A DNA stretch of 64,000 bases, from positions 69,742 to 133,741 of the forward strand of contig CAVYBU010000007.1 in the NCBI GenBank assembly GCA_963766735.1, written 5' to 3'. The DNA comes from an uncultured Chloroflexia bacterium. GTDB lineage: Bacteria; Chloroflexota; Limnocylindria; Limnocylindrales; CSP1-4. The notes under the pieces were generated by a model. That model ran no database searches and was not told the DNA's origin. It saw nothing but the letters and a program-made list of their open reading frames with translations. A program made the translations under genes and the position numbers. Below are positions 18,858 through 30,110 of the stretch, in pieces. The stretch's first letter is position 1; every line of letters begins with the position of its first letter.

Positions 18858-19567
18858 CCGACGACGCTCCAGACGCTCGATCGGAGCCGGGAACCCAGAT
18901 CGTCCGGCGTCCTTTCCCGCGCGAGGTCCTGGCCGCGGATACCTTCATGGCCGCGCGTGCCCTGTTGGGTGCCCGACTGGTCCGTGATGCACTCCCCGGG
19001 CTGGCAGGGCGCCGGGTCGGGCGCATCGTTGAGGTGGAGGCGTACGTCGGCCTCGACGATCGAGCCTCCCATGCACGCATGGGCCCCACCAACCGGAACC
19101 GGGTCATGTTCGGGCCTCCCGGCATCGCCTACGTGTACCTTGTCTACGGCATGCACCACTGCCTCAACGTCGTCACCGACGCCTCCGGATCGCCAGCGGC
19201 ACTGCTCGTCCGTGCCGTGGAGCCCGTTGAGGGAATCGACGCCATGCGCGCCGCGCGCCATGCCGCCGCGGACCGGCCGCGATCCAGGAGCGTGCGCGAG
19301 CGTTCCCCCATGAGCATCCCGGACGTGCGTCTCGCGGCGGGTCCGGGCCTGGTGGCCGCCGCGTTCGGGATCGATCGCAGCCACACCGGGCTCGACCTGT
19401 GCGACCCGGAATCGCCGCTCCGCCTTGAGCTTCGCCAGGCCGATGAGCCGGCGCCCGACGTCGTGACGACACCCCGGATCGGGATCGCGTCTGCGGGCGA
19501 GCCGTGGCGGAGCGCCCCGTGGCGGTTCGTCGTGCCGGGCAGCCCGTCCCTCAGCCGGCGCTCCTGA
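18854..19567 (+). CDS. mpg: DNA-3-methyladenine glycosylase (Mpg/AAG family)
   Basis: GTG overlaps the cvpA stop. Conserved Mpg blocks FARPAL-like ARALLGARL, VEAYVGLDDRASHA and GPPGIAYVYLVYGMHHCLNVV are present. Confidence 0.8.
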   Translation: MTDDAPDARSEPGTQIVRRPFPREVLAADTFMAARALLGARLVRDALPGLAGRRVGRIVEVEAYVGLDDRASHARMGPTNRNRVMFGPPGIAYVYLVYGMHHCLNVVTDASGSPAALLVRAVEPVEGIDAMRAARHAAADRPRSRSVRERSPMSIPDVRLAAGPGLVAAAFGIDRSHTGLDLCDPESPLRLELRQADEPAPDVVTTPRIGIASAGEPWRSAPWRFVVPGSPSLSRRS

Positions 19568-19568
19568 G

Positions 19569-21974
19569 GTGGATCAGCGCTCGATAGCCCTGCTCGAGTT
19601 CCCCGTGGTCCGGGCGCGCCTCGCGGAGCACACCTCGTTCGATCCGTCTCGCAGGATGGCCGAGGATCTCCTGCCCTCAGCCGACCCCGTGATCGTGGCC
19701 CGCGGCCTGGACGAGACGGACCAGACGCGTGCGCTGCTGCAGGATCGGCCCGGCGTGGGTATCGGGTCTGCCCATGACATCGACCCGTGGGTGGGCCGAG
19801 CCATGCGTGGAGGCCGGCTGGACCCACACCAGTTCCTGGAGATCGTGGAGACCCTGGACGCCGCGTCGCGACTCGCCACATCACTTGCGGAGGAACGGCG
19901 ACCGCTGCTGCGCGACCTGGGTCGTCGGCTGCACCCGCTGCCGGCCCTTCGCAGCACCCTCGCCCGGAGCTTCGACCCCGTCGGCGAGCTGCTGGACACG
20001 GCCTCCCCGCGTCTCGGCGGGCTGCGGGGTGCCGTCCGCATCGCGTACGACCGGCTGCGCCGTCGCCTGGACAGCCTCGTGGGCTCCGAGCTCGGCGGGG
20101 CACTCCAGGAGCCCATCATCACGCTCCGCAACGGCCGGTACGTGGTCCCGATCCGCGCCGAGGCCCGCGCCAGGGTCAAGGGCATCGTCCACGATGCGTC
20201 TGGAAGCGGCCAGACGCTGTTCATCGAGCCGCTGGTGGTCGTCGAGCTGGGGAACGCCTGGCGCGAGGCCCAGGCCGCCGTGGACGAGGAGATCGGCCGC
20301 ATCCTCGACGAGCTCTCCGCGCTGGTCGCTGCCAACGGGATTCTCCTCCGGGAGACGCTGGACGCTCTGGCCCAGTTCGACTTCTGGGCTGCCAAGGCGC
20401 AGCTCGCGGCGGAGATGGACGGCGTGCGCCCTGCCCTCGCGGACCGCACGGAGGTCGTTCTCCTCTCGGCGCGCCACCCGGGGCTCACAGGTCGCGTGGT
20501 GCCGATCGACCTGCACCTGGGCGACGGCTACACGGCCCTTGTGATCACCGGGCCCAACACCGGCGGCAAGACCGTCGCGCTTCGGACGCTCGGGTTGCTG
20601 TCCCTGATGAACCAGGCGGGCCTCCACATCCCCGCGGAGTCGGGGTCCCGGCTGCCGGTGTTCCGTGACGTGTTCGCGGACATTGGCGACGAGCAGTCCA
20701 TCGCCCAGTCCCTGTCCACGTTCTCGGGCCACCTGCGGTCGATCATCCGGATCGTCGCCCACGCGGGGCCGGAGACGCTCGTCCTGCTGGATGAGCTAGG
20801 AGCCGGCACCGACCCCACCGAGGGGTCGGCCCTGGCCCAGGCGCTCCTGGACCACTTCATCCGCTCCGGGGCGCTGATCGCGGCCACCACCCACTACGCG
20901 GAGATCAAGGTCTACGCCCACGAGACACCGACCGCACGCAACGCATCCGTGGAGTTCGACCTCGAAACCCTGTCGCCAACCTTCCGCCTCACGATCGGCC
21001 TCCCTGGCGGGAGCCAGGCATTTGCGATTGCCGAGCGCCTCGGCCTGCCGGAGGGGATCGTTGCAGACGCGCGTGGACGCCTGTCCGAGAACGAGCGCGC
21101 GTTCGAGTCGACCCTCGCCTCGATCCGCCGCCAGGAGGTCGAGATCGCGGACGCGGTGGAGCGGGCACGTGTCGCCGAGAGCAGGGCCGCCGATGCGCTG
21201 AGGACCGCCGACGAAGAGCGCCGCCGCGCCCGCCGTGAGCGCGATGAGGTCGTGCGGGCCTCCCGGGTGGAGGCGGAGCGCCTTGTTGAAGGTCTCCGTG
21301 ACGATGTGGCAGGTGTGCGTCGGCAGCTGGACCGCGAGACCGTGACCGCTCCTGCGATTGACGCGGCTCTCGCACGGGCCGAGCGCACGCTGGATCGCCT
21401 GCCGGACCCCGGTCGGGAGCCGGAGAAGCCCGCCGAGCCCGTCGTCCCGCACGCGTGGCGCCTCGGTGAACGGGCGAAGAGTCGCAGCGGCAGTTGGGAG
21501 GGCCGCATCGCCGCGATCGAGAAGGGCGGTACCCGGGCGACGCTGGAGGCGGGCGGGATGAGGGTGTCGGTTTCCGTGGACGACCTCGATCCTGTCGTAT
21601 CCCCGCCCGCCGGCGATACCGGCGCAGGAAAGGGTACCGATGGCGGGTGGGCGCCGGGCACCGGGCCCACGACCGCGGCGCGTGGCGATGACGCTCCCGG
21701 GATCTCGACGCTCCGGCTGTCCCGGGCGCGGACGGTGGCCTCGTCGCTGGACCTGCGCGGCGCGCGGGTGGACGAGGCGCTGGATGCCCTGGGACGCTAC
21801 CTGGACGATGCCTCGCTGGCGGGGCTGGAGCAGGTACTGATCATCCACGGGCTCGGCACTGGGGCGCTCCGGGACGCCGTCCGGTCCCACGCCGGCGGTC
21901 ACCCCCTGGTGAAGAGCTTCCGGGCGGGGGAGCGGGGCGAGGGCGGCGACGGAGCCACGATCGTCAGGCTCTGA
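19569..21974 (+). CDS. mutS2: endonuclease MutS2 (MutS domain plus C-terminal Smr domain)
   Basis: 801 aa with a Walker A motif (GPNTGGKT) and a C-terminal Smr domain (LDLRG.RV.EAL..L..YLDDA ... HG.GTG.LR). Confidence 0.9.
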   Translation: MDQRSIALLEFPVVRARLAEHTSFDPSRRMAEDLLPSADPVIVARGLDETDQTRALLQDRPGVGIGSAHDIDPWVGRAMRGGRLDPHQFLEIVETLDAASRLATSLAEERRPLLRDLGRRLHPLPALRSTLARSFDPVGELLDTASPRLGGLRGAVRIAYDRLRRRLDSLVGSELGGALQEPIITLRNGRYVVPIRAEARARVKGIVHDASGSGQTLFIEPLVVVELGNAWREAQAAVDEEIGRILDELSALVAANGILLRETLDALAQFDFWAAKAQLAAEMDGVRPALADRTEVVLLSARHPGLTGRVVPIDLHLGDGYTALVITGPNTGGKTVALRTLGLLSLMNQAGLHIPAESGSRLPVFRDVFADIGDEQSIAQSLSTFSGHLRSIIRIVAHAGPETLVLLDELGAGTDPTEGSALAQALLDHFIRSGALIAATTHYAEIKVYAHETPTARNASVEFDLETLSPTFRLTIGLPGGSQAFAIAERLGLPEGIVADARGRLSENERAFESTLASIRRQEVEIADAVERARVAESRAADALRTADEERRRARRERDEVVRASRVEAERLVEGLRDDVAGVRRQLDRETVTAPAIDAALARAERTLDRLPDPGREPEKPAEPVVPHAWRLGERAKSRSGSWEGRIAAIEKGGTRATLEAGGMRVSVSVDDLDPVVSPPAGDTGAGKGTDGGWAPGTGPTTAARGDDAPGISTLRLSRARTVASSLDLRGARVDEALDALGRYLDDASLAGLEQVLIIHGLGTGALRDAVRSHAGGHPLVKSFRAGERGEGGDGATIVRL

Positions 21975-21987
21975 TCGCGAACCTGTG

Positions 21988-24760
21988 TCAGGGTTGCTTC
22001 GTCGGCTTCGGCTTCCCGTTCCCCGGGTTCACCACGACGGGCGGGGGCGCCGGCTCGATTGACGGGCACGGCAGGAGCGGGTCCAGCGAGATGCAGATCG
22101 ACGGCGGCGGCGGCGCCAGCGGGCACGTCTTGGTGGGAGCGAAGTTGCCGCCCCAGGATCGGCCAAACGGGTAGAAGCCGCCGCCGTAGAAGTAGGCGGT
22201 CCGGGTCCTCTTCGGCCCGCCGGCCCTGCCGGAGCCCTTGGCGGCCCGGGCCTGCCACCCCTGGTTTGCCTTCTGCCAGACCGGGTATCCAGCCTCATTG
22301 TTCCGCAGGTCGATGAAGTTCTCGGTCACCATCGGCCCCACGCACCCCTCCTGCCAGAGCAGGCCGCTGGCCTCATCGATGTCCACGGCCACCGCTATGT
22401 CGGCCGCCTGTGTCGGGGCGGTGCCGGGCAGGAAGAGCTCCTTCACGGTCTTGGTGGTGGTTGGCCCCGGCAGCATGCCCGTGAAGGCGTCCACCGTGGC
22501 CGTCACGAGGCCCTTCGGCCTGACGCGGGAGAAGCCCTCGATCTTCATGCCCTTGGAGACCTCGGACAGGATCGCGCTCCAGAGCGGCGCCGACGTGTCC
22601 AGCGACAGCTTTCCGTCGTTGGGCGAGTTGTCCGAGTTGCCCAGCCAGGCGCCGGCGACGAGGCCCGGCAGCGTCTTGTCGGACGGCGGCGCCAGGTAGC
22701 CGTATGCCAGCACGTCGCGGTTGTCGCTGGTGGTGCCGGTCTTGTAGGCGGCGGGGCGGACCTTGGAGCCGCTGATGCCGTCGGTCACGCGCCACTTGGC
22801 CCAGAACGGGTTGACCGACCTGATGGTGTTGCCCGCGAGGATGTCGGTGATGATGTAGGCGGCCTGGCGCGAGACGACCCGCTCGCCCTTCAGCTCGGCA
22901 TCGGCCTGCGGCCACACCTGCTGGCCATCCGCGTCGAGCACCCGCAGGATCGTGTGGCGGGGCATCAGCACGCCGCCGTTGGCGATCATGCCGTACGCGC
23001 CGATCTCGTCGATCGGGTGGACCTCGAGCGTGCCGATGCTCTCGGACGCGACGGGGGTGGCGGTGTTCGGATAGGTGAGCCCGAAGTCCTTGGTCCGCTC
23101 GAACTGGTGCTCGAGCCCGTTGAGGAAGCCCGCCTTGATGGCCGGGATGTTGAGCGAGAACTGGAGGGCGTTGCGGAGCCGCACGGGACCGCGCTCGAGG
23201 TTGTCGGCCTGGGTGGGGTACCAGGCCTTGGCGCCGGACGACGCGAAGTTGGTCACGACGTCCATGAACATCGTGGATGCGGTCAGCGTCTTGTCCTCGA
23301 TCCCGACCAGGTACACGAGCGGCTTGATCGAGGATCCCGGCTGGCGCCAGCCGTCGGCGAGGACGTCGAACTGGGGCTGGAGCTTCTTGCTGCCCTTGGC
23401 CGTGTACGAGGCGGAGCCCATGTAGCCCAGGACCTCGCCGGTCCGGTAGTCCATGACCCCGGCAGCGGCGTTGTGGACGTTGTGACCGCGCAGGGTCTTG
23501 ATCCAGGACCACTCGGACTTGGGCACGCCGAGGGCCTTGAGCAGGGAGTCGGGCTTCTTGGAGTTGGGGACGATGGCGGCGGCGTAGACCCACTTCTCCA
23601 CGATGCGCTGCATCTCGTAGTCGAGGGTCGTGATGACCCGGTAGCCGCCGCTGTCGATCTTCTCGCAGTCGTCCGCGCTGGTCCCGCACAGGATCTGGCC
23701 CAGCTCGTCCCGGACCTGCCACACGAAGTGCGGCGCGCGCCACTGGTCGGACGCCTGCGAGGCGAGGATCACCGGCTCGGTCTTGGCCGCCTCGAAGTCC
23801 GCGTCCGTGTAGCGATCGGCCGTGAGCGGCGCGCGCGTCTTCATCAGGTCCAGGATCAGATTCCGGCGGATCGACCACGGCGGAGTCGCGCGGGACCACA
23901 AGGCGGGTCTGCTCCTCGCCCTTGTCGTCCGTGTAGGTCTCTTCGACCGCGTTCTTCACCAGGTCGAAGCTGGTGGGCGACTTGGGGATGCCCGCCAGGA
24001 TCGCGTACTGGGCCAGCGTCAGGTCCTTGAGATCCTTGCGCCAGTAGGTCTGCGCGGCGGCAGCCACGCCATAGCTGCGGTTGCCGTAGTAGTTGTCGTT
24101 GAGGTAGGCCGCCATGATGGCCTCTTTCCCGCCGCGCCCCGGGTAGGCCTCGGTCAGGCGGATCGACTGGATGATCTCGCGCGCCTTCTTCCAGTAGCGA
24201 TCGACCCCGGCCTCGGTGTCGGCGGCAGGCAGCAACCGGTTCCGGACGAGCTGCTGGGTGATGGTCGAACCGCCGCGGTCATTGCCCTGGAGGGTGTCGA
24301 CGGCGGCAGATGCGAAGCCAAGCGGATCGAAGCCGGCGTTGTCCCAGAAGGTCTTGTCCTCGATCGCCGTCGTCGCGTCGATGAGGGTCGGAGGGATCGC
24401 CGCGTAGTCCACGACCACCCTGCGGTCGGTCCCCAGCTTGGCCAGCAGGACCCCACCGGTGCGGTCGTAGACTGTCGTCTGCTGTGCAAACTCGATGGTT
24501 TCGAGGGTCTGCTGTGGCTCGGGAAGATCCTTCGAGACGAACGAGTAGGCTGCCACCGACGCCGTGGCGCCGACAGCCCCGAGCAGGAGCAGGGTGGTGA
24601 TCAGGAGGAGGGGAAGCGCAATGACGGCCGCGCGAGCGGCGCCGCTTCCCCGCGGGCGACGTCGCTCAGCCGATCGGCGGCGACGCTGCCTCCGTGCGAG
24701 GCTGGTTGGCATGACGGGCGGAACGATACCATGCGGGTAATGGACACCCGAATTCCCCAA
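21988..24760 (-). pseudogene. class A penicillin-binding protein (transglycosylase + transpeptidase) with reading frame broken by a single-base indel near 23870-23880
   Basis: Track ORF 22373..24760 contains the GT51 transglycosylase domain (EDKTFWDNAGFD ... GGSTITQQLVRN). Track ORF 21988..23901 contains the transpeptidase domain (SSIKP, KTGTT). The minus-strand join reads ...RDSAVV|IRRNLILDLMKTRAPL if one base is removed. Confidence 0.8.
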
Positions 24761-24807
24761 TCGGGCCGGGATAGTGACGCTCCCGGCTCCGCGCTTGTGA
24801 CGGTCGC

Positions 24808-26118
24808 GTGAGCGCCGTCCCTGCCCACGACCACGCCCCCGCGCTCCGCGGGTTCCTCGAGGAGCTCGACTGGCGGGGCATCCTCCACGCCACCACGCCC
24901 GGCCTGCCCGAGCGGCTGGCCACCGGCCGGCGGATCTCCGCCTACATCGGGTTCGACCCGACGGCGGATTCCCTGCACGTCGGGCACCTGGTCCCGATCT
25001 TCGGGCTGCTCAGGCTCCAGGCGCACGGCGGCAGGCCGGTGGCGCTGGTCGGGGGCGGCACGGGGATGATCGGGGACCCGTCCGGGAGGTCGTCGGAACG
25101 GAACCTCCTCGACGTCCCGACGCTCGAGCACAACGTGGCCGCGATTGGCGCCCAGCTGGAGCGGTTCCTCGACTTCTCGCCGGGACCGTCCCAGGCCGTC
25201 ATGGCGAACAACCTTGACTGGCTGGGGAAGCTGTCGCTGATCGAGTACCTGCGGGATACGGGCAAGCACTTCACGGTGCCCTACATGCTGGCCAAGGATT
25301 CCGTCCAGCAGCGCCTGGAGCGGGGACTCTCGTTCACCGAGTTCAGCTACATGACCCTCCAGGCGTTCGACTTCGCAACCCTGTACCGGGAGCACGGCGT
25401 CGAGATGCAGATGGGCGGCGCAGACCAGTGGGGCAACATCACCGCCGGCCTCGAGCTGATCCGTCGGACCGGTGGCGGTGCCGACGAGCAGGTTGCACAC
25501 GGCATCGCCTACAAGTTGCTGCTATCGCCGTCCGGGGCCAAGTTCGGCAAGAGCGAAGGCGGCGAATCCGTGTGGCTCGATCCGGCCCGCACCACGCCGT
25601 ACGCCTTCTACCAGTACTGGGTCCAGGCCGACGATCGCGACGTGCCCACCTACATCCGATGGTTCACGCTCTGGGGACGCGAGGAGACCGAGGCGCTGGA
25701 CGTCGAGATTGCCGGGCGCCCGGAGGCCCGGGAGGCCCAGAAGCGCCTCGCGTTCGACGTGACGACGCGCGTGCACGGGAAGGCGGCCGCAACCGACGCG
25801 GTGGCTGTCTCGGCCGCCCTGTTCCAGCGGGAGGCGATCTCGGACCCTGCGCTTCTCGAGAGCGTGCACGCCGCCACGCGGGGTCCGTCGGTCGGAGCGG
25901 ACGTGATCGGCGAAGGCGTGATTGCCGTGCTGGCGGAAACGGGCCTGACGCCGTCCCGCGGGGAGGCCCGGCGCCTGATCCAGGGCGGGGCGATCACGGT
26001 CAACGGGGATCGTGTCACGGATCCCGCGGCGGCGATGCCGGAGCCGATTGCCGGAGAGTGGTACGAGGTCCGCGTCGGCAAGCGCAACCGGTCCGTGGTG
26101 AGGGTGACCCGGAGCTGA
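24808..26118 (+). CDS. tyrS: tyrosine--tRNA ligase
   Basis: GTG start. The class I HIGH-type motif (DSLHVGHL) and KFGKS are present, with an S4-like C-terminus. Confidence 0.95.
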   Translation: MSAVPAHDHAPALRGFLEELDWRGILHATTPGLPERLATGRRISAYIGFDPTADSLHVGHLVPIFGLLRLQAHGGRPVALVGGGTGMIGDPSGRSSERNLLDVPTLEHNVAAIGAQLERFLDFSPGPSQAVMANNLDWLGKLSLIEYLRDTGKHFTVPYMLAKDSVQQRLERGLSFTEFSYMTLQAFDFATLYREHGVEMQMGGADQWGNITAGLELIRRTGGGADEQVAHGIAYKLLLSPSGAKFGKSEGGESVWLDPARTTPYAFYQYWVQADDRDVPTYIRWFTLWGREETEALDVEIAGRPEAREAQKRLAFDVTTRVHGKAAATDAVAVSAALFQREAISDPALLESVHAATRGPSVGADVIGEGVIAVLAETGLTPSRGEARRLIQGGAITVNGDRVTDPAAAMPEPIAGEWYEVRVGKRNRSVVRVTRS

Positions 26119-26148
26119 CGACGACCAGCGGCCGCGGGGCGACACAGC

Positions 26149-26916
26149 TCAGGCGGAGCCGGAACGACCATGGCGGGCGCGGAGGACGTCCAGAACCGCC
26201 CGGGGCTCCAGGTCCCGCTCGGCCAGGAGCACGAGCGCGTGGTAGAGGAGATCGCCGGCCTCTCCGGCGAGCTGGTCCCGGGTCACGATGCGACCGTGAC
26301 CCGCCGCCTCCGCCGCCTGGTCGTTCTTCGCGGCCAGCAGGACCTCCGTCGCCTCCTCGGCGACCTTGCGCCCGGCGAGGTCCACGCCACCCTCGATCAG
26401 CTTCACCGTGTATGAGCCCGGGGTCCTGTGGGCCGATCGATCCGCGATCGTTGCCCAGAGGGACTCGAGCCAGGCAAAGCCCTGGGTGACATCGGGTTCC
26501 CGAGGCGTGGCACCGGCTTCCCGCGGGGTGGCTCCGCCTGCCCGTGACCCGTCAGCGTCGAAGCAGCTCCGCGTCTCCCGGTGACAGGTGGGGCCCGCGG
26601 GCTCCACGCCCAGCAGCAAGGCATCGCCGTCACAGTCGATCGCGAGGGACCTGAGCGCAAGCGTGTTGCCGGAGCTTTCGCCCTTGCGCCAGAGGCGGGC
26701 CCGGGAGCGGGAGTGGAAGTGCACCTCACCGGTCCCGAGCGTCGCGGCGAGGGCCTCCGTGTCGAGCCAGCCGACCATCAGCACCCGCCCGTCGGCGACA
26801 TCCTGCACGACGCCTGCCACCAGGCCTGCCGGATCCCAGGCGACGCTGGCCGGATCAAGACCCTCGCGGATCTCCACGGGTCCGGCCACGGACGCCTCAC
26901 CCTTCGACCTGGTCAT
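26149..26916 (-). CDS. hisIE: bifunctional phosphoribosyl-AMP cyclohydrolase / phosphoribosyl-ATP pyrophosphatase
   Basis: An N-terminal HisI domain (GL.A.VQD ... MVGWMD-like) is fused to a C-terminal HisE domain (L..L...I..R). It is the last gene of the minus-strand his operon. Confidence 0.85.
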   Translation of the reverse strand: MTRSKGEASVAGPVEIREGLDPASVAWDPAGLVAGVVQDVADGRVLMVGWLDTEALAATLGTGEVHFHSRSRARLWRKGESSGNTLALRSLAIDCDGDALLLGVEPAGPTCHRETRSCFDADGSRAGGATPREAGATPREPDVTQGFAWLESLWATIADRSAHRTPGSYTVKLIEGGVDLAGRKVAEEATEVLLAAKNDQAAEAAGHGRIVTRDQLAGEAGDLLYHALVLLAERDLEPRAVLDVLRARHGRSGSA

Positions 26917-27710
26917 GCCGCAACCTCCGAATCGATCGCGCGGACGCGATACCCCGCGGCCGCCATCGCCGTCTTGGCCGCCGCGATCGTGACCTCGCGC
27001 CGGTGGAAGATGCCGGCCGCCAGAACGGCGTCCGCGCCACCATCACGGATCGCCGCCACGAAGTCGTCGGGCCCGGCGGCACCCCCGGAGGCGATGACCG
27101 GGACCTGCACCCGTGACGAGATCGCTCGCAGCAGCTCCGTGTCGAATCCCGACTTCGTGCCGTCCCGATCGATGCTGGTGACCAGGAGCTCGCCGGCCCC
27201 CAGCTCCACCGCCCGAACTGCCCATGCGACCGCGTCCAGGGTCACGGGCTGGCGCCCACCCTGGACGACCACCTGGAATCCGGACGGAAGGACCTCGGTG
27301 CCCGATGCCACGCGGCGCGCATCGATGGCCACCACCACGGCCTGACTGCCGAACCGCGCCGCGCAGCGGGTGACGAGATCGGGGTCGGCCACCGCGCGTG
27401 TATTGAGGCCGACCTTGTCCGCCCCCGCCCGGAGCACGTCCCGCATGTCCTCCACGCTGCGGACGCCCCCTCCGACGGTGAGCGGGATGAACGCGCGTCG
27501 GGCAGTCCGCTCCACGATGTCCAGGAGCGTGCCGCGGCCCTCTGGGGCGGCCGAGATATCCAGGAAGACGAGCTCGTCCGCACCCTCGCGGGCATAACGC
27601 TCCGCGAGCTCCGGCGGATCGCCCTCGTCGCGGAGGTCCACGAACCGGGTGCCCTTGACGACACGTCCATCGGCGACGTCGAGGCACGGGATCACACGGC
27701 GGCACAGCAT
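26913..27710 (-). CDS. hisF: imidazole glycerol phosphate synthase cyclase subunit
   Basis: Full-length HisF (RVIPCLDV ... GADKV). Its ATG overlaps the hisH stop (TGATG). Confidence 0.95.
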   Translation of the reverse strand: MLCRRVIPCLDVADGRVVKGTRFVDLRDEGDPPELAERYAREGADELVFLDISAAPEGRGTLLDIVERTARRAFIPLTVGGGVRSVEDMRDVLRAGADKVGLNTRAVADPDLVTRCAARFGSQAVVVAIDARRVASGTEVLPSGFQVVVQGGRQPVTLDAVAWAVRAVELGAGELLVTSIDRDGTKSGFDTELLRAISSRVQVPVIASGGAAGPDDFVAAIRDGGADAVLAAGIFHRREVTIAAAKTAMAAAGYRVRAIDSEVAA

Positions 27711-28345
27711 CAGGCTGCACGCGCCGAGTCGACGACGTTGGCGATCAGGCGCAGGCCGTTGTCGCCGGATCGCTCGGGGTGAAACTGGACGCCCAGCAGC
27801 CGCCCCAGCGAGATCGCCGACACGAAGGACCGGCCGTGCTCGGTCTCGGCGAGGATCGCCGCATCGCCGGTCTCGCCCGATGGGGCACCCACGTAGGTGT
27901 GGACGAAGTAGAACTCCGCGCCGGGGGCGATGCCGGCGAAGGCAGGGTGGTCCCGTCGCCGGTCCACCTGGTTCCAGCCGATGTGCGGCAGGGTCGGGGC
28001 ATCCGCGAGCCGCACCGTCCGCCCCGGCAGAACCCCGAGAGTCTCGGCACCGTCCTCGTCGCTGCCGTCGAAGAGCAGCTGGAGGCCAAGACAGATCCCC
28101 AGGAAGGGGCGGTCCGCCGCGATCCACGCCTTGATCGGCTCGAGGAACCGGCCCTCCCGGAGCCGCTCCATCGCGGGCGCGGCCGCGCCCACACCCGGCA
28201 CCACGAGCAGGTCTGCCGAGCCGATCTCGTCTGATGTGACCGCCCGGCGGACGTGTGCGCCGGCGGCGGTGAGCGCCTGTTCGATCGACACGAGATTGCC
28301 CGCGCCGTAGTCCACGACCACGACGTGGGTGCCGGCCGTGGTCAC
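27710..28345 (-). CDS. hisH: imidazole glycerol phosphate synthase glutamine amidotransferase subunit
   Basis: Class I glutamine amidotransferase with a GICLGLQLL catalytic Cys motif. Confidence 0.95.
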   Translation of the reverse strand: MTTAGTHVVVVDYGAGNLVSIEQALTAAGAHVRRAVTSDEIGSADLLVVPGVGAAAPAMERLREGRFLEPIKAWIAADRPFLGICLGLQLLFDGSDEDGAETLGVLPGRTVRLADAPTLPHIGWNQVDRRRDHPAFAGIAPGAEFYFVHTYVGAPSGETGDAAILAETEHGRSFVSAISLGRLLGVQFHPERSGDNGLRLIANVVDSARAA

Positions 28346-28968
28346 CCGAGCGAACCCTTGGTGGACGCGACACCCTCGCGCCGGGGATCTGGCTCGCAGG
28401 CGACGCGCAGGGCCCTGCCGAGCGCCTTGAAGGCGGCTTCGGCCAGGTGATGGTCGTTGCGCCCCGAGCCACTCACGTGGAGCGTGCCACCCGCGGTCCG
28501 GGCGAAGGACTCGAGGGCGTGGTCCACGAGCTGGAGGGGCAGCGCGCCGGCGCGCTCGCCACGGAACGGGAGGTCGATGACCGCGTATGGCCGCCCTCCG
28601 ATGTCGATGACGGCGGTCGCGACCGATTCGTCCATGGGGACCGTGCTGTCCCCGAAGCGGCGGATGCCGGCGCGGTCGCCGAGCGCCTCGGAGAAGGCCG
28701 CACCAAGGACAAGGGCCACGTCCTCCACCGTGTGGTGCTCGTCAACGTCGAGGTCGCCCTTCGCCCGGACCTCCAGGTCGAACAGCCCGTGGTGGGCGAG
28801 GGACCCCAGCAGGTGATCGTAGAAGCCGATGCCCGTACCGATGTCGACGAGACCTGTGCCATCAAGGCCGAGCTCGATCGTGATGTCCGTCTCGCGCGTG
28901 GACCGGGTCACCCGGACGTGTCGTGCGCCGATGGCGGTGACGGCGAGGGAGCCGAGCGGCGTGGTCAT
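28342..28968 (-). CDS. hisB: imidazoleglycerol-phosphate dehydratase
   Basis: Conserved blocks TRETDI ... GIGFYDH ... DEHHTVED. Confidence 0.95.
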   Translation of the reverse strand: MTTPLGSLAVTAIGARHVRVTRSTRETDITIELGLDGTGLVDIGTGIGFYDHLLGSLAHHGLFDLEVRAKGDLDVDEHHTVEDVALVLGAAFSEALGDRAGIRRFGDSTVPMDESVATAVIDIGGRPYAVIDLPFRGERAGALPLQLVDHALESFARTAGGTLHVSGSGRNDHHLAEAAFKALGRALRVACEPDPRREGVASTKGSLG

Positions 28969-30110
28969 GCGGGTACCTCCACGGCCAGCTCGCGCGCAGC
29001 GGCGAGCAGCCGGTCGTTCTCGTGGGCGTCACGGACGGTGATCCGGAGACAGTGGGCGAGGGGATGGCCGACACCGAACGTACGCGGGACGAGGCCGCGG
29101 CGCATCAGGCCCTCTGCGGTGGCTGCTGCCCGTTCTGCGGTCCCGAGCTCCGCCAGGAGGAAGTTCGTCAACGACGGGTGCACCAGCCAGCCGGCGGACC
29201 CCAGGCCATCAGCCAGACGGGCGCGCTCCCGCTCCACCCGGGCGACGTTCTCGCGCATCTCCTCACCATCCCGGAGAGCGTGGGTGACCAGCGTCACCGA
29301 GATCGTGCCGATGGACCCCGGAGGCCGGTAGAGCGCGATCCGCTCAGCCGTCGCCGGGGCAGCGATCGCGAACCCCACCCGGAGCCCGGCGAGGGCGTAG
29401 GCCTTGGACGCCGTCCGGACGACCACCAGGTTCGGGTAGCGCGCCCGCAGTGGGATGGCGCTGTAGCCCGAGAACTCGGCGTAGGCCTCGTCGACGATGA
29501 CGGTGGCCGGCCGACGACCCGCTCTCCGGGCGTCCTGCTCGATGCCGTCGAGAAGGGCCTCGATCGCGCCCTCGGGTTCGAGCAGGCCCGTTGGGTTGTT
29601 GGGGTTGCACAGCCAGACCATCCCGGCGGCACGGGCAGCGGCCCGAACCGCGGGGAGGTCCATGGTGAACCCGTGGTCGGGCCCGAGGCGCGCGACCGGG
29701 ATCACCCTGCCGTCCCGCTGCTCGGTGACGACCCGGTACATCGCGTAGCTGGGGACGGGCACCACCGCTGCCTCTCCGGCCGCGAGGAAGGCCTTGACGC
29801 ACATCTCCAGCACCTCATCGGCGCCGGCGCCCGGCACGACCTCATCGGTCCCGACCCCATACCGTGTGGCTGCTGCCTGGACCAGCCTCCTGTAGTCGCC
29901 GGGCGGGTACTCCGAGAGCGACGTCTCGAACACGCCCGCGGCGAGCAGCTCTGTCGCGAGGCGCGGGGGCGTCGGCGAGGTGTTGAGGTCGAAGCGAACC
30001 ACCTGGTCTATGGGCACGCCAAACCGCTCAGCGACGGCCTCGTCGGTTGCCTCCCAGCTGTAGGAGGCCGGCTGGGTCGGCGATGAAGACGTCACGGGGC
30101 TGGGGCTCAT
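28965..30110 (-). CDS. hisC: histidinol-phosphate aminotransferase
   Basis: Class II PLP aminotransferase fold carrying the PLP lysine motif (RTASKA) in his-operon context. Confidence 0.9.
   Translation of the reverse strand: MSPSPVTSSSPTQPASYSWEATDEAVAERFGVPIDQVVRFDLNTSPTPPRLATELLAAGVFETSLSEYPPGDYRRLVQAAATRYGVGTDEVVPGAGADEVLEMCVKAFLAAGEAAVVPVPSYAMYRVVTEQRDGRVIPVARLGPDHGFTMDLPAVRAAARAAGMVWLCNPNNPTGLLEPEGAIEALLDGIEQDARRAGRRPATVIVDEAYAEFSGYSAIPLRARYPNLVVVRTASKAYALAGLRVGFAIAAPATAERIALYRPPGSIGTISVTLVTHALRDGEEMRENVARVERERARLADGLGSAGWLVHPSLTNFLLAELGTAERAAATAEGLMRRGLVPRTFGVGHPLAHCLRITVRDAHENDRLLAAARELAVEVPA

Noticed and set aside
20796-21902. 368-aa minus-strand ORF
   Set aside because: Antisense to mutS2.
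26500-26560. Imperfect 21-nt duplication encoding [14 protein letters not shown] inside hisIE
   Set aside because: A small in-frame linker duplication between the HisI and HisE domains. Not functionally notable.
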